Assembly (NCBI GenBank): GCA_965223855.1
Contig: CBDCXM010000008.1
Coordinates: forward strand, 480,001 to 544,000
Direction: 5' to 3'
Source of the DNA: Candidatus Multivoradales bacterium
GTDB taxonomy: Bacteria; Acidobacteriota; Thermoanaerobaculia; Multivoradales; JAHEKO01
Length of the DNA stretch: 64,000 nucleotides
Positions 10,801 to 22,014 of the stretch are shown here, piece by piece (position 1 is the stretch's first letter; each line of letters starts with the position of its first letter). Both the position numbers and the translations under genes were made by a program. The notes beneath the pieces were generated by a model that worked only from the letters and a program-made list of their open reading frames with translations, was not told where the DNA came from and ran no database searches.

Positions 10801-11062
10801 CAGGCGTGTCGTCGAACACCGGTTCCCAGTGGACGCCACCGTCGAGCGTCCGGAAGATACCCCCAGAGGCCGCCCCGGCGAAGTACGTCCCCGGCACTCC
10901 GGGCACACCGGCCACCGCCGACACCCGGTTGCCGATCGGCCCCAGGTGGCGAAAACGCAGTGCCGCGAACGGGTCCTCCTCTGCTTCGGGCGCGGCGTCC
11001 GCCGCCGGCACGGGAGGGAACACGACCAGGGTGAGGATCAGCACTACGGCGAATCGCGGCAT
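7871..11062 (-). CDS. Secreted VPS10/BNR-repeat beta-propeller protein (glycosyl hydrolase-like)
   Basis: Signal peptide; many SxDGGxxW Asp-box repeats; FRHLGPIGNRV start; C-terminal FlgD-like and helical regions. Confidence 0.9.
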   Translation of the reverse strand: MPRFAVVLILTLVVFPPVPAADAAPEAEEDPFAALRFRHLGPIGNRVSAVAGVPGVPGTYFAGAASGGIFRTLDGGVHWEPVFDDTPASSIGALAVAPSDPNVVWAGTGESFIRSNVSIGDGVYRSTDGGSTWEHAGLVESGRIGRIAIHPRKPDIVFAAALGHSYGPQRERGLYRTQDGGWNWEQVLFVDEDTGAIDVVIDPNNPRVVFAAMWEFEMRTSGRTSGGPGSGIWVSRDGGDNWKRLEGRGLPPSPLGKIGLAMSPDDSKRIYALIEVSSNRDFAPVDDEAGVLWRSDNGGRSWQLVNSDNTLTQRPLYYTRMAVAPDDADEVTFMAVEQSISHDGGHSIEPQNSGYDHHDIWIDPLDPDRRITGHDGGVSLTINRGESWFRPQLPIAQIYHVATDDRIPYNVYGNRQDGPSAMGPSNTLSFGPIPVGAWRTIGGCEVGFARPDPADPSLVWSGCYDGLLELHDLDNGHSRQVSVWPLAIESWAAADLDYRIQWTAPLAVSPHGPAVYYGSQYVHRSVDHGQSWEIVSPDLTTADPELMRRTGGLTLDDAGPTIAPVVFSIAESPLEPGVIWAGTNDGLVHISRDDGESWSDVTAGLDVPPLGTISNVEPSRHQTGRAYLTVDRHQEGDTSTWVFRTDDYGATWTSLRGDLPQNVFAYAHCVREDPQRPGMLYLGTENALWVSFDDGRSWRELGAGLPPAPVHWMEIQQRFDDLVVATYGRGIWVLDDLSALREWDRAIEAGEPRLFAPRAAFRFRRRAPEWQEYHNEAAGENPAPGATLHYWLPTGIGGEVAIRILDLEGREVRTLSGLDGGGGLHRQVWNLYEERTTEVRLRTPPDEASHVQLPDTGWRPLSDGGRFGVLAPPGDYELELRIDGEVVSTSRLRVARDPHSSGDEASLAEQQEVVRELREWIDEAASMINAIESARQQLGELRDRWQGVPDARWSEELESRAAGLEKDLRALEGRFFDLRLSGARQDTLRWPRLLYARLGYLARGIQQVDLAPTEAQYGVHRLLGERMADARLEWQRLRDESIVDFNEAAAAAGVRAIAPAPEE

Positions 11063-11149
11063 GAGGAACTCCTTGGGTCTCCTAGCCTCTTCACCCTACT
11101 CGAAAGCGCCGCAGGAGCGCGGTGCTGGGGCGCGAGTGCAGGAAGACGG

Positions 11150-11560
11150 CTACCGGAAGGTCAGTGTGCCGGTATCGATGAGCTTGCCGCTCCGGCTGAG
11201 CTGGTAGTGCCTGCCGCTGAAGACGCCGTCCTCGAACGCTCCGGCGAAGCGGTACTTCTGCCCCCGGCCGCGATCGACCGTCCCCTCGATCGATCCTTCG
11301 AGATCGCCGACCGCTTCCCCCTTCCAGCTGTAGTTCTTTCGCGAGAAAAAGAAACGGAAGGTCACCTCCCAGCCCCCTTCGCCGTCGGGGACGAAGCTGA
11401 CATCGAGGCGACCACGCTCCCCCTGGTTCCAGTCGTAGCTCCCGCTGAACGACAACGGGTCACCGTCGGCGATCGCCGGCGGCCCAGCCAGGAGGAAGAG
11501 GAAGCCTGCGGCCAGCAGGACAGACGAGAGGAGAGGTCGAAGCGGACTCGCGTCGTTCAT
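11150..11560 (-). CDS. Small secreted hypothetical protein
   Basis: Signal peptide (PPAIA-DG) followed by a beta-rich domain; fits the gene spacing. Confidence 0.65.
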   Translation of the reverse strand: MNDASPLRPLLSSVLLAAGFLFLLAGPPAIADGDPLSFSGSYDWNQGERGRLDVSFVPDGEGGWEVTFRFFFSRKNYSWKGEAVGDLEGSIEGTVDRGRGQKYRFAGAFEDGVFSGRHYQLSRSGKLIDTGTLTFR

Positions 11561-11611
11561 GCCGGGTGATACGGCCGGACGAGGCGAACGGTTGCTCTCC
11601 GTCGGTCGGCT

Positions 11612-12856
11612 TCAGTCGCCGCCGTGGCGACCCCAGTAACCGACGAGGCCCTTGACATAGTCGAGCGCCGCCTCGAGGTTCTGCACGGTGTTCCACTCGA
11701 AGCGGCTGTGGAAGTCATGCCCGCCGGTGAAGACGTTGGGCGTCGGCAGGCCCATCTCGGAGAGTCGGGAGCCGTCGGTTCCTCCCCGAACCAGCTCCTC
11801 TTCGAGGTCGATTCCCATCTCCTCCGCCGCGCGGAAGGCGAAGTCGATCACCCGGCGGTCGGTCCGCTCGATGTAGTCGCGCATGTTGCGGTAGTTGTCG
11901 CGAATCTCGACTTCGATCTTCGCTCGCGGGTGTTCGAGGCGCGCGACGGCAGCGAGCTGCTCCACGAAGGCCTTGCGGCGCTCCAGCCCGGCGGCGTCGA
12001 AATCGCGCAGCAGGATCCTCGCCTGCGCCCGCGTGACGTCTCCCTCGACCTCATGGGGGCAGAAGTACCCCTCCCGCTCCACCGTCGTTTCCGGCGCCTC
12101 ACCCGCCGGCAGCCCCGCCAGCAGCCTCGAGACGATCGTCACCGCATTGGCCATCACGTCCTTGGCGTAGCCGGGATGAACCCCGACGCCGGCGACCGAG
12201 ATTCGAGCTTCCGCCGCGTGGAACGTCTCGAACGAGAAGGTGCCGACGCCACCGCCGTCGATCGTGTAAGCGACCTTCGCGTCGAGACGCTCGAGGTCGA
12301 GAGCATCGACGCCGCGCCCGACCTCCTCGTCGACGGTGAAGCAGATTCTCAACGGCGGTCGTGTCGCCTCCGGGTCCGCCAGCAGATCGGCGACCGTCTG
12401 CACGATGATCGCCACCCCCGCCTTGTCGTCGCTGCCCAGGAGCGTCCTGCCGTCCGAGGTGATGACGTCGTGCCCCAGATGGTCGAGCAGCGCCGGGCTG
12501 CGCGCCGGATCGAGCGTCACACCGTCCTCGAGCGCGATCACGCCACCCTGATAGTCCTCATGGATCCGCGGCTCGACCGGGCCGCCGGGGGCGTCGGGCG
12601 AGGTATCGACGTGCGCCACGAGCGCCAACGGCGGCGCCGTCGAGTCCGCAGGCACCGGCTCGAGGGCGGCGTAGACATAGCCGTGCTCGTCCATCTCCGC
12701 TCCCCCGAGACCGAGCTCGCGCAGCTCCTCGGCGAGCAGCCGCGAGAGATCCTTCTGCTTTTCGGTCGACGGGGTCGAGGTGGACGCGTGATCCGCCTCG
12801 GTGTCGATCCGGACGTAGCGCAGGAAGCGCTCGACGACGGCGGGCCGCGGCTCCAT
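11612..12856 (-). CDS. pepT: Peptidase T (M20B tripeptide aminopeptidase)
   Basis: ERFLRYVRIDT, AHVDTSPD, LLGSDDKAG, DEEVGRG, RGGTDGSRLS, GGHDFHSRFEW; start at ATG 12856. Confidence 0.95.
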   Translation of the reverse strand: MEPRPAVVERFLRYVRIDTEADHASTSTPSTEKQKDLSRLLAEELRELGLGGAEMDEHGYVYAALEPVPADSTAPPLALVAHVDTSPDAPGGPVEPRIHEDYQGGVIALEDGVTLDPARSPALLDHLGHDVITSDGRTLLGSDDKAGVAIIVQTVADLLADPEATRPPLRICFTVDEEVGRGVDALDLERLDAKVAYTIDGGGVGTFSFETFHAAEARISVAGVGVHPGYAKDVMANAVTIVSRLLAGLPAGEAPETTVEREGYFCPHEVEGDVTRAQARILLRDFDAAGLERRKAFVEQLAAVARLEHPRAKIEVEIRDNYRNMRDYIERTDRRVIDFAFRAAEEMGIDLEEELVRGGTDGSRLSEMGLPTPNVFTGGHDFHSRFEWNTVQNLEAALDYVKGLVGYWGRHGGD

Positions 12857-12861
12857 GCCGG

Positions 12862-13392
12862 TCAGGAGTGGTGGCGCCGGAACATCATCAGCGCCTCGTG
12901 GAACTGCTCGCGAGCCTTGGTGACGTGCTTGTGAGCCTCGTCGATGTAGCCGTCGGTCGAGGTCGACCACACACGGTTGAGCGCCCGCTCGCCGGCGGCG
13001 AATGGGTTCATCACGTCTGCGTAGGCTTGCAGTCCGAAGCGATGCGCCATGCTCTCGCGCGCCTGGACGAACGCGTCGAGATCGTCAGGAAAGTCGCGAT
13101 CGATCACGTGGCGCAGTTCGTAGACGTCGATCGACGCCTTGCCGTCGTCGAGCGCCTTGGCCTTTGCCACGACGCTCTCGAGACTCGAGGCGATCGCGCC
13201 GAGATTGGTGGCGATCTTCCCCTCGGCACGCGACTCGGCGTGCATCGCCCGGCGCGCCAGCACCACGCCGACTACGCCGACGAGGAAGGCGGCGAGATAG
13301 GCGGCCGTCGACACTCCCTCCGGTCGCTCCGTAGCGAAGTACGAGCCGGCGAGGAAACCGATCGTGATCAGGAGATAGCCGAGCTTCTTCAT
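12862..13392 (-). CDS. Hypothetical membrane protein (two N-terminal TM helices)
   Basis: MKKLGYLLITIGFLAG...; sits in an operon-like arrangement between OPT and pepT. Confidence 0.7.
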   Translation of the reverse strand: MKKLGYLLITIGFLAGSYFATERPEGVSTAAYLAAFLVGVVGVVLARRAMHAESRAEGKIATNLGAIASSLESVVAKAKALDDGKASIDVYELRHVIDRDFPDDLDAFVQARESMAHRFGLQAYADVMNPFAAGERALNRVWSTSTDGYIDEAHKHVTKAREQFHEALMMFRRHHS

Positions 13393-13402
13393 CGCTTGCA
13401 CG

Positions 13403-15118
<1,716 letters not shown>

Positions 15119-15152
15119 GGAAGCGGTCCTCGGATCCTAGCAGCCGGCGGCA

Positions 15153-16049
15153 TCAGTCGCCCCGGCGAGCCCGAGGTCGCCACGGAACCGACACCACCGC
15201 AATCCCGGCCACCACGATCGACGCGCCGACCGCCTGCACCCACGACAGTCCCTCGCCCAGCAGCACGACCCCCCAGAACAAGGTCAACGCCGGCTGCGCC
15301 AGCAGCAGGATCGAGGTCTCGACAGCCGGCATCTTCGGCAGCGAGCGGGTGATCATCAGCCAGCCGAACACCTGCGCCACCAGGGCGAGGGCGATCAACC
15401 AGCCGTGTGCCGGCCACGACCACGAGAGGTCGAGATCGCGGTCGAGGCCGCCCAGCACCGCCATCGTGACGAGGGTGCCGAGCGTGGCGTCGAACCACGG
15501 GCCGATGGTCGGGCCACGCTCCGAGCCGCTGCGCCGGAAGGTCAGCAGGAAGGCGGCGTAGAAGAGACCGGTGGCGACGCCGTAGATCACTCCTCGCAGC
15601 GGGGCGTCGCCGTAGGCGTCCGGCCGCCCCAGGCCGGAGGTCAGCGCGACCCCGGTGAAGAGCAGCGGCAGCATCCACAGCAGCAGTCGTCGCGGCTTCT
15701 CGCCGAACAGCCACCAGGCGGCGATCGCCACCCAGAAGACCTGGGAGTTGCCCAGCAACGTCGCGAGGCCGGCACCGATCGACTCGATCGAGCGGTGCCA
15801 CACGGCGAAGTCTCCGGCGAGCAGAGCACCGGCGGCAAAGGCGAACGCACGATCACGGACAGTCCTTCGATCGAGGTCGCGCACCCGCCACCAGAAGACC
15901 GCCAGCAACGGTGCCGCATAAAGGACTCGAAAGAAGCCGGCGGTCGAGGGAGAGGCCGCGGACAGCCGAACGAAGATCGCCGAGAACGAGATCCCAACCA
16001 CGCCGGCGAGCGCCTGGAGACGCAGTCGCAGTGGAGTGTCGCCGCCCAA
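15153..16049 (-). CDS. DMT/EamA family transporter
   Basis: ISFSAIFVRL, WWLFGEKP, LLLAQPAL, VLLGEGL; two EamA halves. Confidence 0.88.
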   Translation of the reverse strand: MGGDTPLRLRLQALAGVVGISFSAIFVRLSAASPSTAGFFRVLYAAPLLAVFWWRVRDLDRRTVRDRAFAFAAGALLAGDFAVWHRSIESIGAGLATLLGNSQVFWVAIAAWWLFGEKPRRLLLWMLPLLFTGVALTSGLGRPDAYGDAPLRGVIYGVATGLFYAAFLLTFRRSGSERGPTIGPWFDATLGTLVTMAVLGGLDRDLDLSWSWPAHGWLIALALVAQVFGWLMITRSLPKMPAVETSILLLAQPALTLFWGVVLLGEGLSWVQAVGASIVVAGIAVVSVPWRPRARRGD

Positions 16050-16146
16050 GATGACGCGATCCTATGCCGAGAGACGCCTCCGAAGCCCCTGTGACAGCTC
16101 CGCTTGCCTGCGCGCCGTCCTGTTCCTGTGATACTCGGAGACGCCC

Positions 16147-17820
16147 ATGCCCGAACGAAACGATGTCGACGGCCTGCGAGGCCGCGCCCTGCTCGCCGAT
16201 TCGCTGCACAATAAGAGCTCCGCCTTCACCGCCGAAGAGCGAAGCGCCTTCGGTCTCGACGGCCTGCTGCCGCCGGTCGTGAGCACGATGGCCCAGCAGG
16301 TCGAGAGGGTCTACGCGAGCCTCCGTCGCAAGGAGAGCGACCTCGAGAAGTACATCGGCCTGATGGCTCTCGAGGATCGCAACGAAACCCTCTTCTACCG
16401 GCTGCTGCGCGAGCACCTGGCAGAGTTCCTGCCGATTGTCTACACGCCCACCGTCGGCGAAGCTTCGAAGATGTTCAGCCACATCTTCCAGCGCGGCCGC
16501 GGCCTGTGGGTCACTCCGGAGCATCGCGGCAGGATCGCCGAGGTGCTCGCCAATGCCGAGAGGCCGCGGGTGCGGCTCGCGGTGGTCACCGACAATCAGG
16601 CGATCCTCGGCATCGGCGACCAGGGAGCGGGTGGGATCGTCATCCCGATCGGCAAGCTGTCGATCTACTGCGCGGCCGCCGGGATCCACCCCGGGGAGGT
16701 GCTGCCGATCTCGCTCGACGTCGGAACCGACAACGAGGCGCTGATCGACGACCCGCTCTATCTCGGCTGGCGCCGACCGCGACTGCGTGGAGACGCCTAC
16801 CTGGGGTTGGTCGACGAGTTCGTCGAAGCGATGAATCAGGTGTTCCCCGGCGCCCTCCTGCAGTGGGAGGACTTCTCGAAGGCCAACGCCTTCGCTCTCC
16901 TCGAACGCCATCGCTCGAGGATCCTGTCGTTCAACGACGACATCCAGGGCACGGGGGCGATGGCGCTGGCCGGTATCGTCGCCGCGTGTCGAGCCTCCGG
17001 CGAGCCGCTCACCGCTCAACGGACGGTCATCGTCGGCGCCGGAGCGGCCGGAATCGGCATCGCGCGACAGCTTCGCAACGCCCTCGCCGAGGAGGGACTC
17101 GGCGGGCAGGAACTGACGGAGGCGATCGCCGTGCTCGACTCGCGAGGCCTCGTCACCGACGACCGCGAGCGGCTCGACGCCTACAAGCGGGCGCTCGCCT
17201 GGCCGGCCGCTCTCGCCGCCCGGCACGGGCTCCACGAGGACCGCTCCCTGCCCGCTGTCGTCCGGCAACTCCGACCGACCCTCCTCATCGGCACCTCCGG
17301 CCAGGCGGACCTCTTCGACGAACCGCTGATGCGCTCGGTCGCCGCCCACGCCGAGCGACCGATCGTGCTGCCGCTGTCGAATCCCACCGATCACTCCGAG
17401 GCTCGACCCGCCGACATCCTCCGGTGGACCGACGGTCGCGCCTTCGTCGGCACCGGCAGCCCGTTCCCGGATGTCGATTGGGAGGGGCGGAGCCTCGAAA
17501 TCGGCCAGGCCAACAACGCCTTCATCTTCCCCGGCGTCGGCCTCGGCGCCCTGTTGGCGGGAGCGAGCGAGGTCAGCGACGGAATGTTCTCGGCTGCCGC
17601 GACCGCACTGGCGGAAGCGGTCACCTCCGAGGACGCCGCTCGCGGCCGGATCTATCCGCCGATCGAGCGCCTGCGCGAGGTCACCCGCTCGGTCGCGGTC
17701 GCCGTCATGGTGCGAGCCGGTGAGGAGGGGGTCGCCTCGCCGATCACCGCCGGGGAAGCCGCAGCGAAGATCGAGCAGTTCGCCTGGGAGCCGACCTACC
17801 CCGACCTGTTGACCGGCTGA
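16147..17820 (+). CDS. maeA: NAD-dependent malic enzyme
   Basis: NKSSAFT, PIVYTPTVG, ILGIGDQG, QWEDF, FNDDIQGTG, GAGAAGIG, LSNPT, NNAFIFPG. Confidence 0.95.
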   Translation: MPERNDVDGLRGRALLADSLHNKSSAFTAEERSAFGLDGLLPPVVSTMAQQVERVYASLRRKESDLEKYIGLMALEDRNETLFYRLLREHLAEFLPIVYTPTVGEASKMFSHIFQRGRGLWVTPEHRGRIAEVLANAERPRVRLAVVTDNQAILGIGDQGAGGIVIPIGKLSIYCAAAGIHPGEVLPISLDVGTDNEALIDDPLYLGWRRPRLRGDAYLGLVDEFVEAMNQVFPGALLQWEDFSKANAFALLERHRSRILSFNDDIQGTGAMALAGIVAACRASGEPLTAQRTVIVGAGAAGIGIARQLRNALAEEGLGGQELTEAIAVLDSRGLVTDDRERLDAYKRALAWPAALAARHGLHEDRSLPAVVRQLRPTLLIGTSGQADLFDEPLMRSVAAHAERPIVLPLSNPTDHSEARPADILRWTDGRAFVGTGSPFPDVDWEGRSLEIGQANNAFIFPGVGLGALLAGASEVSDGMFSAAATALAEAVTSEDAARGRIYPPIERLREVTRSVAVAVMVRAGEEGVASPITAGEAAAKIEQFAWEPTYPDLLTG

Positions 17821-18086
17821 GCCTCCTCGCTGTCGAGGTCGGGAACGGGTCGAAAAGGGCCGACCCTCCGGCTGTGATAATCTTCACAGCCTCAATTCAC
17901 AGTCGAATCGGTCTCGAGGGCGTGAGCCGCGTAGGCCGCTTCCCCCCAGGGGAATCGCGTGTCTCCGCGCCGACCCATCTGCCGAGCTCAGATGTTCGTC
18001 GCTCCGGGGACGCTACCCGGCGGGCGCCTCGTTGCTGGAGAGGACGAATCTCCGGTGTGAGATCCGAAATCGGCGGAAGTAGGAGC

Positions 18087-19436
18087 ATGGCCGTGAGACC
18101 AGACAACCGGCGATCGAACCGATCGGTGGGGCGCAACTTCGCACTCTGCCTCGGGCTCCTGAGCCTGACGGCGAGGCCTTCGGCCGGCGTCGATCCGCGC
18201 CTCGAGTGGGACGGTGTCCTCAATGAGCAGGTGAAGCTGCTTGCGAGCGACGGTGCCGAGGGGGACGCCTTCGGCGGAGGGATCGCGATGGACGGCGACA
18301 CCCTGGCGATCGCAGCACCGCTCGAGGACGGAAGCGGTGCCAGCACCGGTGCCGTCTACGTCTTCATCCGGCAGGGTGGGACGTGGTCCGAAGCTGCAAA
18401 GCTGGTCGCGACCGCCGTGGTCGACTCGCTAGGCACCGGCCTGGCGGTCGAGGGCGACGTGGTGTTCGCCGCCGACTTCCATGACCAGGGAGCGGTTCAC
18501 GTGTTCGAGCGGCCTCCCGGAGGCTGGAGCGGGACCGTGAACGAGGTCGCCACGCTGCTACCGGCCGACGCCGACGCGTTCGGTCGTGCGATCGTCGCCG
18601 CGGAAGGCGACTCGGTCTTCGTCGGCAGTTGGACGCCGACGGAAGGGATCGGGACGATCTACGTCTACGAGCAGCCGCCCGGAGGCTGGAGCGGAACCGT
18701 GAACGAAGTCGCCGAGCTGCGACAGAGCGACACCGTACCCGGGGAACTCTTCCCAACGCTGCTCTCGGCTTCCGGGGACACGGTCGTGGCCGGTTGCGGA
18801 GGCTGCGACGACAACGGCCCTCTCTCCGGAGCGGCCTACGTCTTCGAGACCCCCGTAGGCGGCTGGACCGGGATCGTCAACGAGTCGGCCAAGCTCCTGC
18901 CGAGCCTGGGGATGAGCGATGACTTCTTCGGCGGTCGCCTGGCCGCCTCTGAAAGCACGGTCATCGTCGGTTCGGGTGGCGACGCCAGCCTGGCGGGCGC
19001 CGCCTACGTTTACGAGGAGCCTGCCGGAGGGTGGAGCGGGACGCTGACCGAGGATGCACGACTGGAGCCGTCCGACCTCGCGGCCGACGACCGTTTCGGT
19101 CCGGTCGCGATCGACGGCGAGACCGTGCTCGGAGGCTCGTGGGGGGACGCCGACAACGGTGCCTTCTCGGGGTCGGCCTACATCTTCGAACGGCCGGCCG
19201 GCGGTTGGTCGGGAACGGTCGGCGAGTCCGCCAAGCTGCTCGCCAGCGACGGCGTGACCGGAGACGTCCTTGGCGAGCGCGGCGTGATCGAGGGGCAGAC
19301 CGTCGTGTTGACCGCCCGGGGTCACGATCAGAACGGCGACCTGGCCGGCGCGGCCTACGTCTTCGAGGACATCCTGATGTTCAGCGACGGCTTCGAGTCG
19401 GGCGACACCTCGGCCTGGTCCGTAACCGTCCCTTGA
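18087..19436 (+). CDS. Secreted FG-GAP repeat (integrin-like beta-propeller) protein with DGFESGD C-terminal tail
   Basis: AGGAG RBS before ATG 18087; signal peptide; repeats KLLASDG..GDxFG / GAAYVFE; ends MFSDGFESGDTSAWSVTVP. Confidence 0.88.
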   Translation: MAVRPDNRRSNRSVGRNFALCLGLLSLTARPSAGVDPRLEWDGVLNEQVKLLASDGAEGDAFGGGIAMDGDTLAIAAPLEDGSGASTGAVYVFIRQGGTWSEAAKLVATAVVDSLGTGLAVEGDVVFAADFHDQGAVHVFERPPGGWSGTVNEVATLLPADADAFGRAIVAAEGDSVFVGSWTPTEGIGTIYVYEQPPGGWSGTVNEVAELRQSDTVPGELFPTLLSASGDTVVAGCGGCDDNGPLSGAAYVFETPVGGWTGIVNESAKLLPSLGMSDDFFGGRLAASESTVIVGSGGDASLAGAAYVYEEPAGGWSGTLTEDARLEPSDLAADDRFGPVAIDGETVLGGSWGDADNGAFSGSAYIFERPAGGWSGTVGESAKLLASDGVTGDVLGERGVIEGQTVVLTARGHDQNGDLAGAAYVFEDILMFSDGFESGDTSAWSVTVP

Positions 19437-19602
19437 CATGAAACCGGCGAGACAATCACGACCTGGGGAAACGCCCGTCTCCGGGCCGTCCCATCCGTCG
19501 AGCTCAGGTGTTCTTGGTCCCGGGGTCCGACCGCCCGGAGGCGGTGCGGCTCGAGAGGACGACTTCCCGGTGAGATCGGATCGTGAGAAGAGGAGTGTGA
19601 CC

Positions 19603-20868
19603 ATGGGGCAGGAAAGCCAGCCATCGCACCGTTGGACTCTACGGACCCTGGCGCTCTACGTCTGGCTTTCGAGCGGCTGGGCGGGGCCGGCGGCCGGCAT
19701 CGACCCGCACCTCGAGTGGGAGGGTGTCCTCAACGAGAAGGTGAAGCTGCTGGCGAGCGATGGTGCCGACGGGGACTTCTTCGGTACCGGAATCGCGATG
19801 GACGGAAACACCCTGGTGATCGCTGCGCCAGGGGATGACGACGGAGGTGACGCCTCCGGTTCCCTCTACGTCTTCCTCCGACAGGGCGGGACCTGGACGG
19901 AGGCCGCGAAGCTGGTCGCGAGCACCCCGGCCGATTTCGACCAGCTCGGTCTCTACGTGGCGGTCGCGGGCGACACGGTCGCTGCCACGGTGTTCGATGC
20001 TCGCGGAACCGTCCACGTCTTCGAGCGCCCTCCCGGGGGTTGGAGCGGCACCGTCACCGAGGTGGCCACTCTGCTACCGGCCGACGGCAGTTCCAACAAC
20101 ACCGACCACATCGCTGCCGAAGGGGACACGATCTTCGTCGGCGGCTTCGTGCCCGCGGCGGGCATCGGGACGGTCTTCGTCTACGAGCGCCTGCCGGAGG
20201 CTGGGCCGGGGTGGTGAACGAGTCCGCCGAGCTGCGACAGAGCGACGGCATCCTTTCGGACACGTTTCCCGGGCAGCTCGGTCTCCGGCGACACCGTCGT
20301 TGCCGTTGCCCGCTGTGCGGACAACGGTGGCAACTCCGGATCGGCGACGTGTTCGAGGCTCCTGCCGGCGGGTGGACCGGGGTCGTAAACGAGTCGGCTC
20401 TGGCGAGCCCGACGGATGACGTCTTCGGAGCTCACACTGCGCCGACACGGTGGTCGTCGGCGCCTTTCGCGCCGTCGGCCAGGCGGGCGCAGATCTTCGA
20501 GGAGCCAGCGGGAGGGTGGGCTGGAACTCTGACCGAGACTGCCCGCCTGGAGCCCTCGGACCTCGCACCTTCGAGTTCGGTTCGGTCGCCATCGACGGCG
20601 AGACCGTGGTCGGCGGTTCGTCCCGGGACGACGAGCCTCGCGGGGTCGATGTCTTCGAGCGCCCGGCCGGCGGATGGACGGGGACGGTTGCCGAATCGGC
20701 CAAGCTGCTGGCCAGCGACTGGAGCCGAGCCGATGGCGCACGGTCCTCGAGACAGTGGGCCGACCAGAACGGCGACCAGGCCGGCGCGGACGTCTTCGAG
20801 GCTCCATGATCTTCACCGACGGCTTCGAGTCCGGCGACACCTCGAGCTGGTCCAGTACCGTCCCCTGA
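19603..20868 (+). pseudogene. Tandem paralogue of the FG-GAP protein with multiple frameshifts (pseudogene or sequencing error)
   Basis: GIDPHLEWEGVLNEKVKLLASDG matches the upstream paralogue. Intact to about 20190, then homology continues in shifting frames to IFTDGFESGDTSSWSSTVP*. Confidence 0.75.
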
Positions 20869-20925
20869 GCGGGACGCCGAGAGCACCCCGGTTCGAGCCG
20901 GCTCTCATCCCCTGCGCCGATTTCA

Positions 20926-21104
20926 GCCCCCGGCCGCCCGTGAGCGCCGAGGGGGGCCTGAGCCGAGCCCGAAAGCCGCTCAGACACTGACCGGCCCCCC
21001 GGGCCACGGCGAAGGAGCGCGCGCCGCCCACCCAACTGCCGAGGACGCGCGACGCCCTCCTCGGGCTCAGCCTTCGGGCTGCCGCGGGCCGGCATCCTCG
21101 CGAT
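20926..21104 (+). repeat. Palindromic repeat element family A, copy 1 (divergent)
   Basis: Shares gccccggccgcccg..tgagcgccgagggggg, tgagccgagcccgaaagcc, ggcgaaggagcgcgc, ctcgggctcag.cttcgg and gggccggcatc.tcgcgat with copies at 30258 and 34273. Confidence 0.85.
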
Positions 21105-21564
21105 GTCCGCCGTCCGGAGCTCTGGAGCCCAAGAGCGCCGACCTCAGATCGAGGCACGCCGACTCCAGGGGTGACAGAGGCTCGACTCCAGGGAGACGCC
21201 GTCTGCCGAGCCGGCGATCGAGAATCGCGAGCGCTCGAAGTACCGCGTCGTCGGTAGCCAGAGCCCTTTCGACCGTGAGCGACTGGAACGCTTCCACCGA
21301 CGCCCGGAACTGCTCCGGCTTGTGCCGCCCCTCGCGTTGGAGGAGGCGTCGGACCTCCTGCTGAGATCGCCCCTCGGCCATGAGTGGCCCTTCGAGCTTC
21401 CAGTACGAGACATCGTCCATGCCGGCGATCTCGCTACCGTCAATCAGGACCGCCCAGCGCCAGACCTCCACCGTCCGGTAACCGGTGAGGAACAGGTCTA
21501 CCCGAGGGCGAACCCCCGGCTCCCACCGTTCCCGCGCGACGGTCCTGAGCTTCGACCACCTCAC
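21067..21564 (-). CDS. Hypothetical protein resembling the SF0329 family
   Basis: GTG start after GAGG; MRWSKLR...RVDLFLTGYR...IDG and RALAILDRRLGRRRL motifs. The C-terminus runs into repeat copy 1. Confidence 0.65.
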   Translation of the reverse strand: MRWSKLRTVARERWEPGVRPRVDLFLTGYRTVEVWRWAVLIDGSEIAGMDDVSYWKLEGPLMAEGRSQQEVRRLLQREGRHKPEQFRASVEAFQSLTVERALATDDAVLRALAILDRRLGRRRLPGVEPLSPLESACLDLRSALLGSRAPDGGHREDAGPRQPEG

Positions 21565-21583
21565 ATCCTCAGAGTCTTCCCGG

Positions 21584-21994
21584 TCACCCGTCCTTCGCCA
21601 CCAGAAGTGCCAGCAGCGCCAGCAACAGACACAACGGCGAGAACAGAAGGTCATCCCAGAGGGCGAAGCGGGTGCCGCGCCGGCGCTTCGTGAAGCCGAC
21701 CCAACGCAGATCGCCGAAGGCGCGCACTCCAAACACAACCGCCACCGCGAGCGTTCCGTAGCGGGTCCAGCCGGAGCTTCCGGTGCCGATCAGGCCGGCG
21801 TGAAGCGCCACGACACCCGCGAAAGCGACCAGACCGAGCGCCACGGCCATCGTCCCTGCAGGCCCCGGCTGGAAGAGCGGCTCGCCGTCCGACTCCGGAA
21901 CCGTCACCGACTTCCCCACCGAACCGCCCAGCGCCCAGTAAACGTGCAGAGCGGCGATCACCAGCAGTAGCCCTACCAGCGATCCGACGATCAT
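21584..21994 (-). CDS. DUF3995-like membrane protein
   Basis: LHVYWALGG, RAFGDLRWVGF, FALWDDLLFSPLCL motifs. Confidence 0.8.
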   Translation of the reverse strand: MIVGSLVGLLLVIAALHVYWALGGSVGKSVTVPESDGEPLFQPGPAGTMAVALGLVAFAGVVALHAGLIGTGSSGWTRYGTLAVAVVFGVRAFGDLRWVGFTKRRRGTRFALWDDLLFSPLCLLLALLALLVAKDG

Positions 21995-22014
21995 CGGTCT
22001 TCCACCCGAGCCCT

